DNA of 64,000 bases from assembly GCA_963731795.1 (NCBI GenBank), contig CAVSWU010000003.1, positions 1,030,216-1,094,215 of the forward strand. Direction: 5' to 3'. The translations under genes were made by a program, and so were the position numbers. The notes under the pieces are model-generated. The model saw nothing but the letters and a program-made list of their open reading frames with translations. It had not been told where the DNA came from and ran no database searches. Source of the stretch: an uncultured delta proteobacterium (lineage in GTDB: Bacteria; Myxococcota; Myxococcia; Myxococcales; Myxococcaceae). Of this stretch, positions 19,406 to 30,856 are shown one piece after another (positions within the stretch are counted from its first letter, which is position 1; each line of letters begins with the position of its first letter).

Positions 19406-20145
19406 ATGGGGCGTGGGATGGTGGCGGTGGCGGCGGTGGCGTTGCTGACGGGGGCGGCGGTCCCCAGCTTCCCGTTCCAGTTGCCGGATGGTTCGGTGGT
19501 GGAGCCTCCCGAGGTGGCGGAGCTGCGCGCGCAGCTGGCCGAGCGCGAGGCGCAGCTCAAGGACGCCCAGGCGCGCCTGCAGGACGTACGAGGACGAGGC
19601 GCACTACCAGGAGGCGCATGCGCCTGGGGGTGGCGGAGGCGGTGAAGGCCTCGGGCCTGCCGGCGCGGCAGCAGCGGCGCGTGGCGGTGGCCATCGTCCG
19701 CGAGGCCCAGCGCAACAACGTGGACCCGCTGCTGGTGATCGCGCTCATCCGCTGCGAGAGCTCGTTCAACAACTACGCGGTCTCCGGGGTGGGCGCCATG
19801 GGGCTCATGCAGGTGATGCCGGACACTGGCAGCTACCTGGCGGACAAGGCCGGCTACAAGCTGGGGCGCTCCACCAACCTCTTCGATGCGGAGACCAACA
19901 TCGAGTTGGGCACCGCGTACCTGGCCGACCTGATCGAGCGCTTCGGCTCGCTCGAGCACGCGCTGGTGGCCTACAACGCGGGGCCCGGCCTGGCGAAGAA
20001 GATCCTCTCCCAGCGAGAGAGCCGTAAGAAGTTCATGCAGGGCTACCCCGCCAAGGTCGTTCGTGAGTTCCGCAAGCTGAAGGAGAAGCAGCAGCGCGAG
20101 CTGACCCTGCGTGCTCAGCAGGAGACGGAAGACACTCGCGGCTGA
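19406..20145 (+). CDS. secreted lytic transglycosylase (SLT domain); frameshift near 19590-19620
   Basis: It has the signal peptide MGRGMVAVAAVALLTGAAV, and the SLT motif ESSFNNYAVSGVGAMGLMQVMPDTG lies in ORF 19219..20145. Confidence 0.6.
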
Positions 20146-20340
20146 CCGCTGCGCGACACCTCATTCGATGGCTGGCCGACATTCCGGGCGGTTTCTTCAG
20201 GGGGGGGCTACAAATACTCCGGCTTTGCGCGAATTGTTCCGGCCGCGCAGGGCCAGCCCATGGAAATTCCAAGGTTTTCAACGGCCTGGACTGGCTCGGG
20301 AAATGCGAACCGACGCGGCATCGATAGGGAGAACACAACC

Positions 20341-20661
20341 ATGGGGGCGCTGCAGATCCACCAGGAAGAGCGCGCGGGGCGTGTCACCCTCCGGCTCGAG
20401 GGCACGTTGGACTGGCGCACGGCGACGCAGCTGCGTCACTCGCTGGAGGCTCTGGGCTCTCGGGAGGTGTTGCTGGACTTCACCCACCTGCGCGAGTTCA
20501 AGGACACGGCGGTGGTAGTGCTGACGAAGGATCTGCCGGCACACCACAAGATGCAGTTCCGCGGGCTGGCCGGGCACCATGAGCGGATGTTCCGTTATTT
20601 CGGGGTGAGCACGGGCACCTCTCCGCGCGCCTACTACACCCCCGAGGAAGTCCTGGCCTGA
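20341..20661 (+). CDS. STAS-domain protein (anti-sigma-factor antagonist-like), 106 aa
   Basis: MGALQIHQEERAGRVTLRLEGTLDWRTATQLRHSLEAL... has the SpoIIAA-like pattern. Confidence 0.5.
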   Translation: MGALQIHQEERAGRVTLRLEGTLDWRTATQLRHSLEALGSREVLLDFTHLREFKDTAVVVLTKDLPAHHKMQFRGLAGHHERMFRYFGVSTGTSPRAYYTPEEVLA

Positions 20662-20755
20662 AGTTCCCTCTCCCGGGCAGCGAGCGGGCTCGAAGGCCCC
20701 GCTGCCCGGCAAGCTGCCCCGCCAAGGGGACGCCTCGGGTAGACTGCGTGGAGAG

Positions 20756-21736
20756 ATGAACCCACCTGCCCGCGCTCTCGTCCCCGCCCCCACTGTTGCC
20801 TCCGCGCGCTCGGTTCTGGAGCGAATCGCCGCCCACCTGTCGCGCGTGGTGCAGGGAAAGGAGGCGCAAGCCCGCCTCACCGTCACCAGCCTGATCGCCG
20901 GGGGCCACCTGCTCCTGGAGGATGTGCCGGGCGTCGGCAAGACGACACTGGCCGAGGCGCTGGCGCGCTCCTGTGGGTTGAGCTTCGCGCGCATCCAGTT
21001 CACCGCGGACCTGATGCCGGCGGACATCCTCGGCGCGCAGGTGTTCCACGCGGCGAGCGCCACGTTCACGTTCCGGCAGGGCCCCATCTTCCGGCAGCTC
21101 GTCCTGGCCGACGAGCTCAACCGCGCCCCGCCGCGCACCCAGTCCGCGCTGCTGGAGGGCATGGCGCAGGGCCAGGTGTCGCTGGACGGAACCACCTATC
21201 CGCTGCCCGCTCCCTTCTCGGTGGTGGCCACGCAGAACCCGCTGGATCTCACCGGCACGTATCCGCTGCCGGACTCCCAGCTCGATCGCTTCCTCATGCG
21301 GCTGTCGCTGGGACACCCGGCGCCCGAGGTGGAGGCGCGGCTGCTCACCACGCGCGGAAAGACGCCTCCGGTGGAGGAGCTGGAGCCGGTGACAGGGCCC
21401 GAGGAACTGCTCGGCCTGCGCGCGCTCGCCGCGGAGCTGCGGATGGACGAGGCCGTGGCGGAGTACATCGTCCGGCTGGCGAAGGCGACGCGAGAGCACG
21501 GAGACATCGAGCGCGGCGCCTCCACCCGCGCGGTGCTGGCGGTGGGCTCCGCGGCCCGCGCCCATGCCTTGTGGGAGGGGCGCGACTTCGTGACGCCGGG
21601 AGACGTGCGGGCGGTGCTGGTGCCGTGCCTGGCGCACCGGCTGATGCTGCGCAGCAACGTGCAAGGGGCCGCGGCCCGGGAGGAGGCCTCCCACCTGCTC
21701 GAGGAGATCTCCCGGAAGGTGGCGGCGCCACGGTGA
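20756..21736 (+). CDS. MoxR-family AAA+ ATPase (326 aa)
   Basis: It has the Walker A GVGKTTLAEALA, Walker B LADELNRAPPRTQSALLEGM and sensor motifs. Confidence 0.8.
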   Translation: MNPPARALVPAPTVASARSVLERIAAHLSRVVQGKEAQARLTVTSLIAGGHLLLEDVPGVGKTTLAEALARSCGLSFARIQFTADLMPADILGAQVFHAASATFTFRQGPIFRQLVLADELNRAPPRTQSALLEGMAQGQVSLDGTTYPLPAPFSVVATQNPLDLTGTYPLPDSQLDRFLMRLSLGHPAPEVEARLLTTRGKTPPVEELEPVTGPEELLGLRALAAELRMDEAVAEYIVRLAKATREHGDIERGASTRAVLAVGSAARAHALWEGRDFVTPGDVRAVLVPCLAHRLMLRSNVQGAAAREEASHLLEEISRKVAAPR

Positions 21737-22704
21737 GAGCCCGGCTTGCGGCCTTCTGGGCGCGGCTGCGCGTCCTGCTGCGTCCTCCGCGCACCCTGAA
21801 GGTGACGGGCACGGGACGCACGTACCTGGTGCTGACGTTCGGCGTGGGCCTGGGCGCGCTCAACACGGGCAACAACCTGCTCTACCTGGTGCTGGGCCTG
21901 CTGCTGGCCATGGTGGTGGTGTCCGGCGTGCTCTCCGAGCGCTGCCTGCGCCACCTGAGCGTGCGCCGCCTGGGCACCGAGTCCGCCTTTGCCGGCGAGC
22001 CCTTCGCGTACCGCTGGGCCATCACCCGCCGCCAGGGCCACGCCTTCGCCCTCACCCTCTCCGAGGTGGAGGTGCCGCTCAAGGGCGAGGGCTGCGTGGG
22101 CTATCTGCGCGCGGGAGTGGAGCACGTCGTCCGCGCGAACCTCACCGCGCCCAGGCGCGGCCCGATGAGGCTGAGCGGCGTCCGGGTGACCACCACGTGG
22201 CCCCTGGGCCTGTTCGCCAAGACGCGCGTCTTCCATGTCGACGGCACCCTGCTGGTCTTTCCGCGGCGCAGCTATGCGTGCCAGCTCCCGAATGATGCGC
22301 GGCTGGGGCCCATTGGAGACGCGAGCACCCCGCGCCGCAATGACGGCACGGGGGACGTGGCCGGCCTGCGCGAGCTGGGCCCCACCGAGGATGCCCGCCG
22401 CGTGCACTGGCGCAAGAGCGCCGCCGTCGGGAAGCTGATCAAGGTGGAGCGCGAGCGCGAGGAGCGCCGCACCTACGTCCTCACCGTGGACGCGGGCCTC
22501 ACAGGCGACACGCTGGAGCGGCGCTGCGAGGAGGTGGCGGCCCTCTCCCACGAGCTGCTCGAGGCGGGCAACGAGGTGGGCCTGGAGACGCCCGGAGAGC
22601 GCCTGCGCCCCGCTTCAGGCAGCGCCCAGGAGCGGCGCATCCTCCGCGCGTTGGCCTGGGTGGGGTTCGAGCAGCTCCGTCAGGACGGGGTGGAGGCGGC
22701 ATGA
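21733..22704 (+). CDS. DUF58 protein (MoxR partner, vWA-like)
   Basis: It has a GTG start overlapping the MoxR stop (GTGA), two N-terminal TM helices, and a DUF58-like body. Confidence 0.6.
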   Translation: MRARLAAFWARLRVLLRPPRTLKVTGTGRTYLVLTFGVGLGALNTGNNLLYLVLGLLLAMVVVSGVLSERCLRHLSVRRLGTESAFAGEPFAYRWAITRRQGHAFALTLSEVEVPLKGEGCVGYLRAGVEHVVRANLTAPRRGPMRLSGVRVTTTWPLGLFAKTRVFHVDGTLLVFPRRSYACQLPNDARLGPIGDASTPRRNDGTGDVAGLRELGPTEDARRVHWRKSAAVGKLIKVEREREERRTYVLTVDAGLTGDTLERRCEEVAALSHELLEAGNEVGLETPGERLRPASGSAQERRILRALAWVGFEQLRQDGVEAA

Positions 22705-24738
22705 GCGCGCCCTCTCGCCTGCGGCTGGCGCTGAGAGATCTGGGGGCCGGGGCGGCGTTCGGCTCCATGGCGGTGTCCGGCCAGTTCCCGGTGTGGACGG
22801 TCGCGCTGTTCTGCCTGGCGCTGGTGCTCGCGCTGCTGGGCTGGCGCGTGTTCGCCAGGCGCTCCACCCTCACCGCGGTGCTGCTGCTGGGAATGGCCGG
22901 CTTGCTGGGCCTCTCCGTGTACGCGGGGCAGTTGGATCTGGTCGTGGCCGCGTGCGCCTTCGCGGGCCTGCTCTCCGCCCATCGGCTGCTGTCCGCGCCG
23001 AGCGCGCGCACGGATGGGCAGGTGCAGCTCGCCAGCCTGCTGATGGTGGCCGGAGGCGCGGCGCTGTCCGGCGAGCTGATCTTCGTGGTGTTCCTGATGG
23101 CCTTCTGCGTGTGCGCCAGCCTCTCCATGGGGCTGGCCGTGGTGGAGGCCGCCGTCCCCGAGGGCGAGCCGCTGCCGGTGCGCGCCGTGGTGCGTCCGCT
23201 CTCGGTGGGCCTGTTCTTCGCGGTGTGCGGCGCCGCGGCCTTCTTCATCCTCTTCCCGCGCCTCAACTGGAACATGGCCGCGCGGCGGGCCGCCCCGGGG
23301 CTGGGAGCCACCACGGGCCTGTCGGACACGGTGCGCCTGGGCGGCGCCGGAACGCTCAAGAGCAACCCCCGCGTGGTGCTGCGCGCCCACATCACCCCGG
23401 ATCCCGGCGTGGATCAGCTCGGCGCGTACTGGCTCGCCCGCACCTATGACACCTTCGATGGGCAGGAGTGGACGAGCGTCGGTCGGCCTCAAGCGCCTGC
23501 GCCAGCGGGTGACGCTGCGGCCCGGCGGCGAGAGCTCGCTGCACCAGCGCATCGAGCTGCTGCCCGCGTACGGGGCTCGGACGCTGGTGGCGCTGGAGAC
23601 GCCCACGCGCCTGGGCAACGCGGTGGTGCACACGGCCTCGGGCAGCCGGCGCACCTCGCTGGTGGAGCTGGGCGGCGGAGAGGTCCGGTTCGTGGACAGC
23701 GGCCTTGCCTACTCCTACGAGGCCACCAGCCTGCCTCCCGAGGAGGACTCCTCCACGAAGCTGACCGAGGCGGAGCACGGCCAGCTCCTCGCGCTGCCGG
23801 ACAGGCTGGATCCGCGCGTGGCGGAGCTGGCCCGCCAGGTGATCGACGGGGAGAAGGATCCGCTGGCCGCCGCGCAGAAGCTGTCGGCGTGGCTGCAGCG
23901 CGAGTACGCGTACACGCTGGAGCTGGGGGGCGAGGTGGAGGATCCGCTCGCGGACTTCCTCTTCGTGCGCAAGGCAGGCCACTGCGAGCACTTCGCCACG
24001 GCGCTCACCCTCATGCTGCGCACCCAGGGCTTCTCCGCGCGGCTGGCCTCGGGCTTCTTCGGCGGGGAGCGCTCGGGCGAGGACTACATCCTCCGCGCGG
24101 GAGACGCCCATGCCTGGACTCACGTGCTGGTGCCCGGCCGCGGCTTCATCACCGTGGACGCGACGCCCCCGGGCAACCGGGCCAGCCAGTCCATGGCCGC
24201 GCTCCAGTTCCTCACCGGCCTGTACGAGGCACTGGAGGCGCGCTGGCGCTCTTCCGTCGTCGACTTCTCGCTGAAGGATCAGATGGACGCGGCCCAGAGC
24301 CTCGTCCGCCCGCCGGACGAACCCGACTCGCTCCTCGGCTCGCCTGCCGCCTGCGCGTGTCTGGGGCCTGGCCCTGCTCGCCGGCCTGCTCACCTACTCC
24401 GCGTGGCGCCTCCTCTCCGCGCGGCTGTCCGCACCCCAGCCACACGTCGGCCACGCAGCTGGTGGACACCGTGGAGCGCCTGCTGCGCGAGGCCGGCGTG
24501 CGCGCGCGGGAGGGCGAGACGCTGGAGGAGCTCACCGCGCGCCTTGTCCGCGAGCAGCACTCCCTGGCCGAGCCGCTGGCGCCCCTCACCCGGCGCTACC
24601 TGGAGGCCCGCTTCGGACAGCGCCCGCTTCGAGTCGGGAGAGGCAGAGCGCCTGCTCGCGCCCCTGCGCCGCTACCTGGAGGCCCGCCGCGCCACCGCTC
24701 CCGCCTCGGCAGAGGACTCGCGACGCCAGGCCTCCTGA
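22701..24738 (+). CDS. transglutaminase-like membrane protein (TgpA-like; DUF3488 + transglutaminase core); about 4 frameshifts
   Basis: It has multi-TM N-terminal helices. The catalytic region FVRKAGHCEHFATALTLMLRTQGFSARLASGF...GDAHAWTHVLV lies in ORF 23446..24738. The C-terminal segments alternate between two frames. Confidence 0.6.
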
Positions 24739-25010
24739 GCCTCCCCGCTCCCTCTCCGAGGGATCGAACCGCGCCTCCTTCTCGGATGACACCGAACCAC
24801 CCCGTTACAGGGTTGGAAACCAGGGACACACGCACCATCTCATTGGCCCTGGGCTCGGAGGTGACTGGCAGACAGTCGCGAAACTTCTACAGAACGCGTG
24901 GACCGGGGTTTCCGGCAGCGGTCTGTAACCCTTTCCACCCGTGGGTCCCCTTTCCAGCGGGGACCTGACTCAACCCCCTGTCACTCCAGGGGATTTTCCG
25001 CGCAAGAGGC

Positions 25011-25026
25011 TGGCACCGCGGTTGCT
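25011..25026 (+). promoter_or_regulatory. sigma-54 (-24/-12) promoter, near-perfect consensus
   Basis: cTGGCACCgcggTTGCTcc matches TGGCAC-N5-TTGCW. It lies about 80 nt upstream of the sigma-factor ATG. Confidence 0.55.
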
Positions 25027-25108
25027 CCTGGCATGGAGCGTGCGGTCGTCAAGCGGCAGCAACCCACTTCACTGGCCTTCCGAGGCCCCACGTCGGGAGA
25101 ACCCAATC

Positions 25109-26000
<892 letters not shown>

Positions 26001-26119
26001 CCAAGTAGGCCCCTGCCCTACATAGCAGCCGGGAAGTTCTCCGGTTACAGGACTCTCCTGGGGCTCGCGAGAGAGTAGACTCGGGTTTCCCCCACCTCTG
26101 CTCGCTACCCCCAGGACGC

Positions 26120-27892
26120 ATGGCCTCGCCTCAAACTCCCAACTCCCCGCCCTCGGAGCCTTCCGCGGATCCAGTGATACGCGAGAAGGTGGAGCTGGCG
26201 CGGAACTTCAGCTCCCAGCTGCTCAAGGGCATCAAGCAGATCGGGATGTACCGCCACAACGAGGCGAAGTTCCCCGAGTTCCTCGGCCGGGCGCTGGAGG
26301 TCATCGCTGAGTACACGGAGAAGCACGGCCCGCTGTCGCTGAAGGTGGAGCAGCAGAACTTCCTGCTCCACGGCGAGCCGCTGTTCTCCGAGGACACGGC
26401 GCTGCCCTACAAGTTCTTCCGGGACGGCATCCGCCAGCTGATCCTCCGGCCGGGCCTGACGGTGGAGGAGCTGGTCTCCTTCACCCTGATCGCGCTCTCG
26501 GAGCCGGAGCGCGGCGCGGACGACGTGCTCGCCCAGCTGTGGAAGGCAAGCCTGGAGCACGTCGAGTACGTGGTGGTGGAGGGCTTCTCCATGGACGGCA
26601 GCCTCCGACGAGGAGGTGGCCGTCGAGGTGGACAAGGTGGTGGGCTACCTCTACGCCCGCCTGCGGACGAACTCGGAGGACTACCTGCGCTTCGCGCGCG
26701 TGTCCTCGGAGGATCTGGACGCGCAGCTGGAGGGCGTGGAGCAGATCCGCGGCGTGGTGGTGCAGGGCACGTACGCCTCGGACTCGCTGAAGGCGAAGCT
26801 CCAGAAGGAGATCGAGGAGGAGGAGAACTCGCGCCTCTTCCCCAAGCTGGTGAGCGCCATCTTCCAGGTGGTGGAAGGCGGCGTGGATGACGTGTCGCTG
26901 CTGGAGGAGATCTTCGTCCAGCTGCTGGACGCCATGCTCATCCAGGACGACTACGGCACCATCAACCAGATGGTGCTCAAGCTGCGCGCCCTGGCCCAGC
27001 GCGAGGAGGCGGAGGGCAACCCCATCGCGCGGCTGCTGGCCTACTTCGTCCAGAAGATGGGCGACGAGCAGCGCCTGATCCGGATGGGCGAGGGGCTCAA
27101 GTACAGCCAAGCCGAAGAACCCGGCGGACATCACCCGCTACCTCCAGGCGCTGGACGAGCACGCCATCATCCCCCTGCTCACGGTGCTGGAGACGATCGA
27201 GGTGCCGGAGAACCGGATCCTCTTGTGCGACGTGCTCGCGGGCTTCGCCAAGGAGCGGCCGGATCCGTTCGTCATCCGGCTGCAGTCGGACCGGCCGCAG
27301 ACGGTGCGAGACATCGTCTACATCCTGGAGAAGTGCCAGCACCCGGACCGGCTGAAGATGTTCGCCCAGGTGCTCAAGGGGAAGAACCTGGTGGTGAAGC
27401 TGGAGGTGATGAACATCGTCGCCCGCGGCCACACGGCGGAGGCGCGCCAGCTGATCGCCGACCTGCTCCAGGATCCCATCTCCCAGGTGCGGATGCAGGC
27501 GGCCAAGCTGCTGCCGGAGTTCGACCGGGACAAGGCGTACCTGGATCTGATGCGAATCGTGAAGGACGCCGCCTTCGAGAAGAAGACGCCGGATGAGCGT
27601 ACGATCTTCTACGCGGCGCTGGGGGCCACGGCGATCCCCAACGCGCTCACGTGGATGACACAGTTGCTGGCGGTGAAGCCCTCGCTGCTGAACAAGAAGA
27701 AAGTGCATGGACGACAAGCTGCTGGCCATCCAGGGGTTGGCGGCGGCGTGCAACGTCCACTCGTACAAGGTGTTGCAGGGCGTGGTGGAGGACAGGTCGC
27801 AGCCGACGGAGGTGCTCTCCGCGGCGCGCAAGGCGATGTACCAGACACGCAAGGCGCTGTTCGGGGACTCGGCGCTCCCAGAGGAGGCATGA
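26120..27892 (+). CDS. HEAT-repeat protein (about 590 aa); about 3 frameshifts
   Basis: Natural segments lie in ORFs 26120..26890, 26616..27596, 27184..27912 and 27707..27892. PBS-lyase/HEAT-like repeats are present (ARQLIADLLQDPISQVRMQAAKLL). Confidence 0.5.
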
Positions 27893-27896
27893 AGCC

Positions 27897-29216
27897 ATGG
27901 CCGAAAACCTGAAGATCACCCAGGCCCAGGCGGAGAACACCGGCGAGTTCGGCCGCGGCCACTCGGAGAAGCTGCAGGTGTTGGCGCGCGGCATGGTGTC
28001 CGGGCTCTACATGCTGGTGCGCTCCGTGAAGATGTACGATCCGGACAACGCCGTCTTCGAGAAGCCGCTCACCCAGCTGCAGGACATCATCAACCAGATC
28101 ATCTCCAAGGAGGGGCGGCTGGAGCTGGTGGGCGTGAAGGACTCCTTCTACCTGAACAACATGCTGGTGAAGGTGGACCTGAACTCCATCGAGAACCAGC
28201 GCTACCTGCTGTCGGAGATGCGCGCCAAGGACGTGGGCGGCATCACGGTGGCCAAGCCCATCAGCCTGCCCGAGCTGAAGAACTTCGTGTGGATCTTCAG
28301 CAAGGAGCAGACGGCGCAGGCGGACGAGGAGGGGCTGTCGAACCGGAAGCTGCTGAACATGAAGGTGGCCCGGTTCTCCAAGCTCAAGGAGAAGCTGAAC
28401 AAGGAGGCGGACCGGCTCGACAACCCGGACGACCAGAAGGTGGACCGGAAGAAGTACGCGATGACGGTCTACGCTCGCGCGGTGGTCTTCCTGGAGAAGT
28501 ACCTGGAGTCGGTGCGCGCGGGAAAGCCGCTGAACTCGTCCAAGGCGCTGCGCGTCGTCCAGGATCTGGTGGACATCTCCTACGATCAGAAGACGCACTT
28601 CCTGGGGATGACCACGACGAAGCGCGAGGCGGAGTACCTGGTCTTCCATCAGGTGAACGTGTGCCTGACGAGCATCGTGTTCGGCGCGGAGCTGGGGCTG
28701 ACGAAGCCGCAGCTGCGGGATCTGGGATACATCGCGCTGTTCCACGATGCGGGGATGACGACGATCCCGGACGAGCTGGCGACGAAGCGCGGGGCGCTGA
28801 CGGCGGAGGAGAAGGCGCAGATCCAGAAGGCGCCGCTGATCTCGGTGCGCAACATCCTGATGGAGAAGGGCTTCTCGCGCTCGACGCTGCTGCGGGTGGT
28901 GACGACGTTCGAGCACAAGGCGGACTTCGGCACGGCGGTGAGGGACTCGCGCGGCAACATCCAGATGATCATCCCGAAGACGAACCTGGGAGTGTTCGCG
29001 AAGATCATCGCCATCTGCGACGCGTTCGACGCGCTGACGAGCAAGCGGCCGTACCGGGACGCCTACGGGCCCGAGGTGGCGCTGATGCTGATGTGGACGG
29101 AGATGCGCAACAAGTTCGACCCGGAGCTGCTCACCGTCTTCATGCGCGTGATGGCGATCCAGCCGGTGAAGGTGCTCTCGAAGCGCCAGCAGAACGTGTC
29201 CCTCGCAGGCCTCTGA
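27897..29216 (+). CDS. HD-GYP domain protein (predicted c-di-GMP phosphodiesterase), 439 aa
   Basis: It has HD motifs ALFHDAGM ... ICDAFDALTSKRPYR, preceded by a long N-terminal domain. Its start lies 5 nt after the HEAT-gene stop. Confidence 0.7.
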   Translation: MAENLKITQAQAENTGEFGRGHSEKLQVLARGMVSGLYMLVRSVKMYDPDNAVFEKPLTQLQDIINQIISKEGRLELVGVKDSFYLNNMLVKVDLNSIENQRYLLSEMRAKDVGGITVAKPISLPELKNFVWIFSKEQTAQADEEGLSNRKLLNMKVARFSKLKEKLNKEADRLDNPDDQKVDRKKYAMTVYARAVVFLEKYLESVRAGKPLNSSKALRVVQDLVDISYDQKTHFLGMTTTKREAEYLVFHQVNVCLTSIVFGAELGLTKPQLRDLGYIALFHDAGMTTIPDELATKRGALTAEEKAQIQKAPLISVRNILMEKGFSRSTLLRVVTTFEHKADFGTAVRDSRGNIQMIIPKTNLGVFAKIIAICDAFDALTSKRPYRDAYGPEVALMLMWTEMRNKFDPELLTVFMRVMAIQPVKVLSKRQQNVSLAGL

Positions 29217-29225
29217 GTCGCGGCC

Positions 29226-29942
29226 TCAACCCTGGGCGGGCGGTAGCTTGCTCCAGATGTCCTCGCCCAGCGTCGGCGCCACCTTGAACGGATCCATGTT
29301 GCCGGGCGTCAGGATCTCGGCCCAGTGCTTCAGGTGGTTCCAGAAGCCGCCCTGCCTCGGGTTGTAGCGATCCATGTCCACGAATGCGCCCGCAGGCCCG
29401 AAGCCGAGCTGCAGCGCGTACTTGGTGCGGTTCTCGCGCACGCCCCAGTCGCTCACTCCCTGATGGAAGAGCGACAGCGGCTTGTCCTCGGAGAACTTCC
29501 CGGCGCGGACCCCATCCTGCACGCTCGACTTGAAGTGGGCCATCGCCGCGGGATCCGGCTCGAAGAGGAGATCGAACCGGACGTTGTTGCCTCGGATGCC
29601 CTCGGCACCGCCCTTGAGCCGCAGCCCGGCCAGGTCCACCCCGTTGCGCTCGAGCCGCTGGGTCAGCAGGAGGAAGACGCCCCGCTGCTTCGGCGTGAGG
29701 CCCGGGTAGATCTCCCGGCCATTGGGACCCAGCAACCCCTGCTGCACCGCATCCAGCTCGTCGTACGCCTTCAGCCCATCCGCCGGGCGGGTACCGGTGG
29801 CCGTCACCCTCGCGGGAGCGAAGACGTCGACAGGCCGCTGCTCGGGGACGGCGGTGTTGCGCGCGGAGGGAGCACTCTCCACCCGAGCATCGGGCGACTG
29901 CACAGGCCGGAGGGCGGGGCGAGAGGAAATGGGTGTGGTCAT
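29226..29942 (-). CDS. hypothetical protein (238 aa), last gene of the MVP-containing gene string
   Basis: This is a clean ORF with no recognisable motif and no signal peptide. Confidence 0.4.
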   Translation of the reverse strand: MTTPISSRPALRPVQSPDARVESAPSARNTAVPEQRPVDVFAPARVTATGTRPADGLKAYDELDAVQQGLLGPNGREIYPGLTPKQRGVFLLLTQRLERNGVDLAGLRLKGGAEGIRGNNVRFDLLFEPDPAAMAHFKSSVQDGVRAGKFSEDKPLSLFHQGVSDWGVRENRTKYALQLGFGPAGAFVDMDRYNPRQGGFWNHLKHWAEILTPGNMDPFKVAPTLGEDIWSKLPPAQG

Positions 29943-30027
29943 GGAGGTCTCGGCTCCTCTGAGGCGGATATGTCCCGCAGGATACAAGCCTTCTCCCCAC
30001 GGCACGAGGGCAGGATGCCCCGTGTGT

Positions 30028-30795
30028 TCAATTCACCGAGGCCTCCACCTTCGCGAGGAAGCGCCGCGCGAAGACCCACGCATCCCCCGGGAAGCGCGCC
30101 GAGAGGTAGTGGCCATCCTCGACCACGAAGCCAGCCTCGGGGCGAGGGCGCCCACTGAGCACCAGCGGCCCCCGCTCGAACTGGGACGGACGGCTGAGCA
30201 GGGATCGCACCTCGTCCTCCAGATAGGCGTCATAGGTCCGGTAGTGCCGGCCGAGCCGCAGGAACGTCATGGCGTAGGCGCCAAACTCCATGAGCTTCGT
30301 GAGGGCGGTGGTGCGCCGCTCGTACAGGAGGCTGCGCCCGTCCGGGCCTTTCGTGCGCGCCAGCGCCAGGACTCCGTGGCAGATCGCTCCCACCGGCCGC
30401 CCCGAGGCCCAGAAGGCCGCGAGCTTCGCTTGCAGGACAGGACTCTCCAGATACGGGCGCATCCCGGGTGCGTGCCCCCCCGGTAGCAACAGCGCGTCGT
30501 AGGCATCAGGTTCGATGGCCTCCCAGCGGAGCGGTTGCTGGAACGCCGCATCCTTCTCCAACGCTCGGTAGCGTTCGAGCGCCTCGGGGCTGATGAGCAG
30601 TCCTTTCGGAAGCGGTCCTCCCAAGGTCAGGGGATCCGCTCGAGGCGCTCCCTGACCCAACTCGGAGGCGAACACCACCGTGTGCCCGGCCTGCGTGAGC
30701 ACGTGCCACGGGATGGCGATCTCCGTCGGATCGAAGTCACGGTCCGGCAGCGGCGCGAGGATGCGGCGGGAGGAAGGCTGGGAGGCTCCTGGCAT
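30028..30795 (-). CDS. DJ-1/PfpI-family (class I glutamine amidotransferase-like) protein
   Basis: It has LLLPGGHAPGM ... PVGAICHG, a nucleophile-elbow Cys in the DJ-1/PfpI arrangement. Confidence 0.6.
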   Translation of the reverse strand: MPGASQPSSRRILAPLPDRDFDPTEIAIPWHVLTQAGHTVVFASELGQGAPRADPLTLGGPLPKGLLISPEALERYRALEKDAAFQQPLRWEAIEPDAYDALLLPGGHAPGMRPYLESPVLQAKLAAFWASGRPVGAICHGVLALARTKGPDGRSLLYERRTTALTKLMEFGAYAMTFLRLGRHYRTYDAYLEDEVRSLLSRPSQFERGPLVLSGRPRPEAGFVVEDGHYLSARFPGDAWVFARRFLAKVEASVN

Positions 30796-30856
30796 GGTCG
30801 CGATGATCAAGCCAGCGATGCCGCGACGCAACAGGGCTGGGCATTTCTGCAACCCG

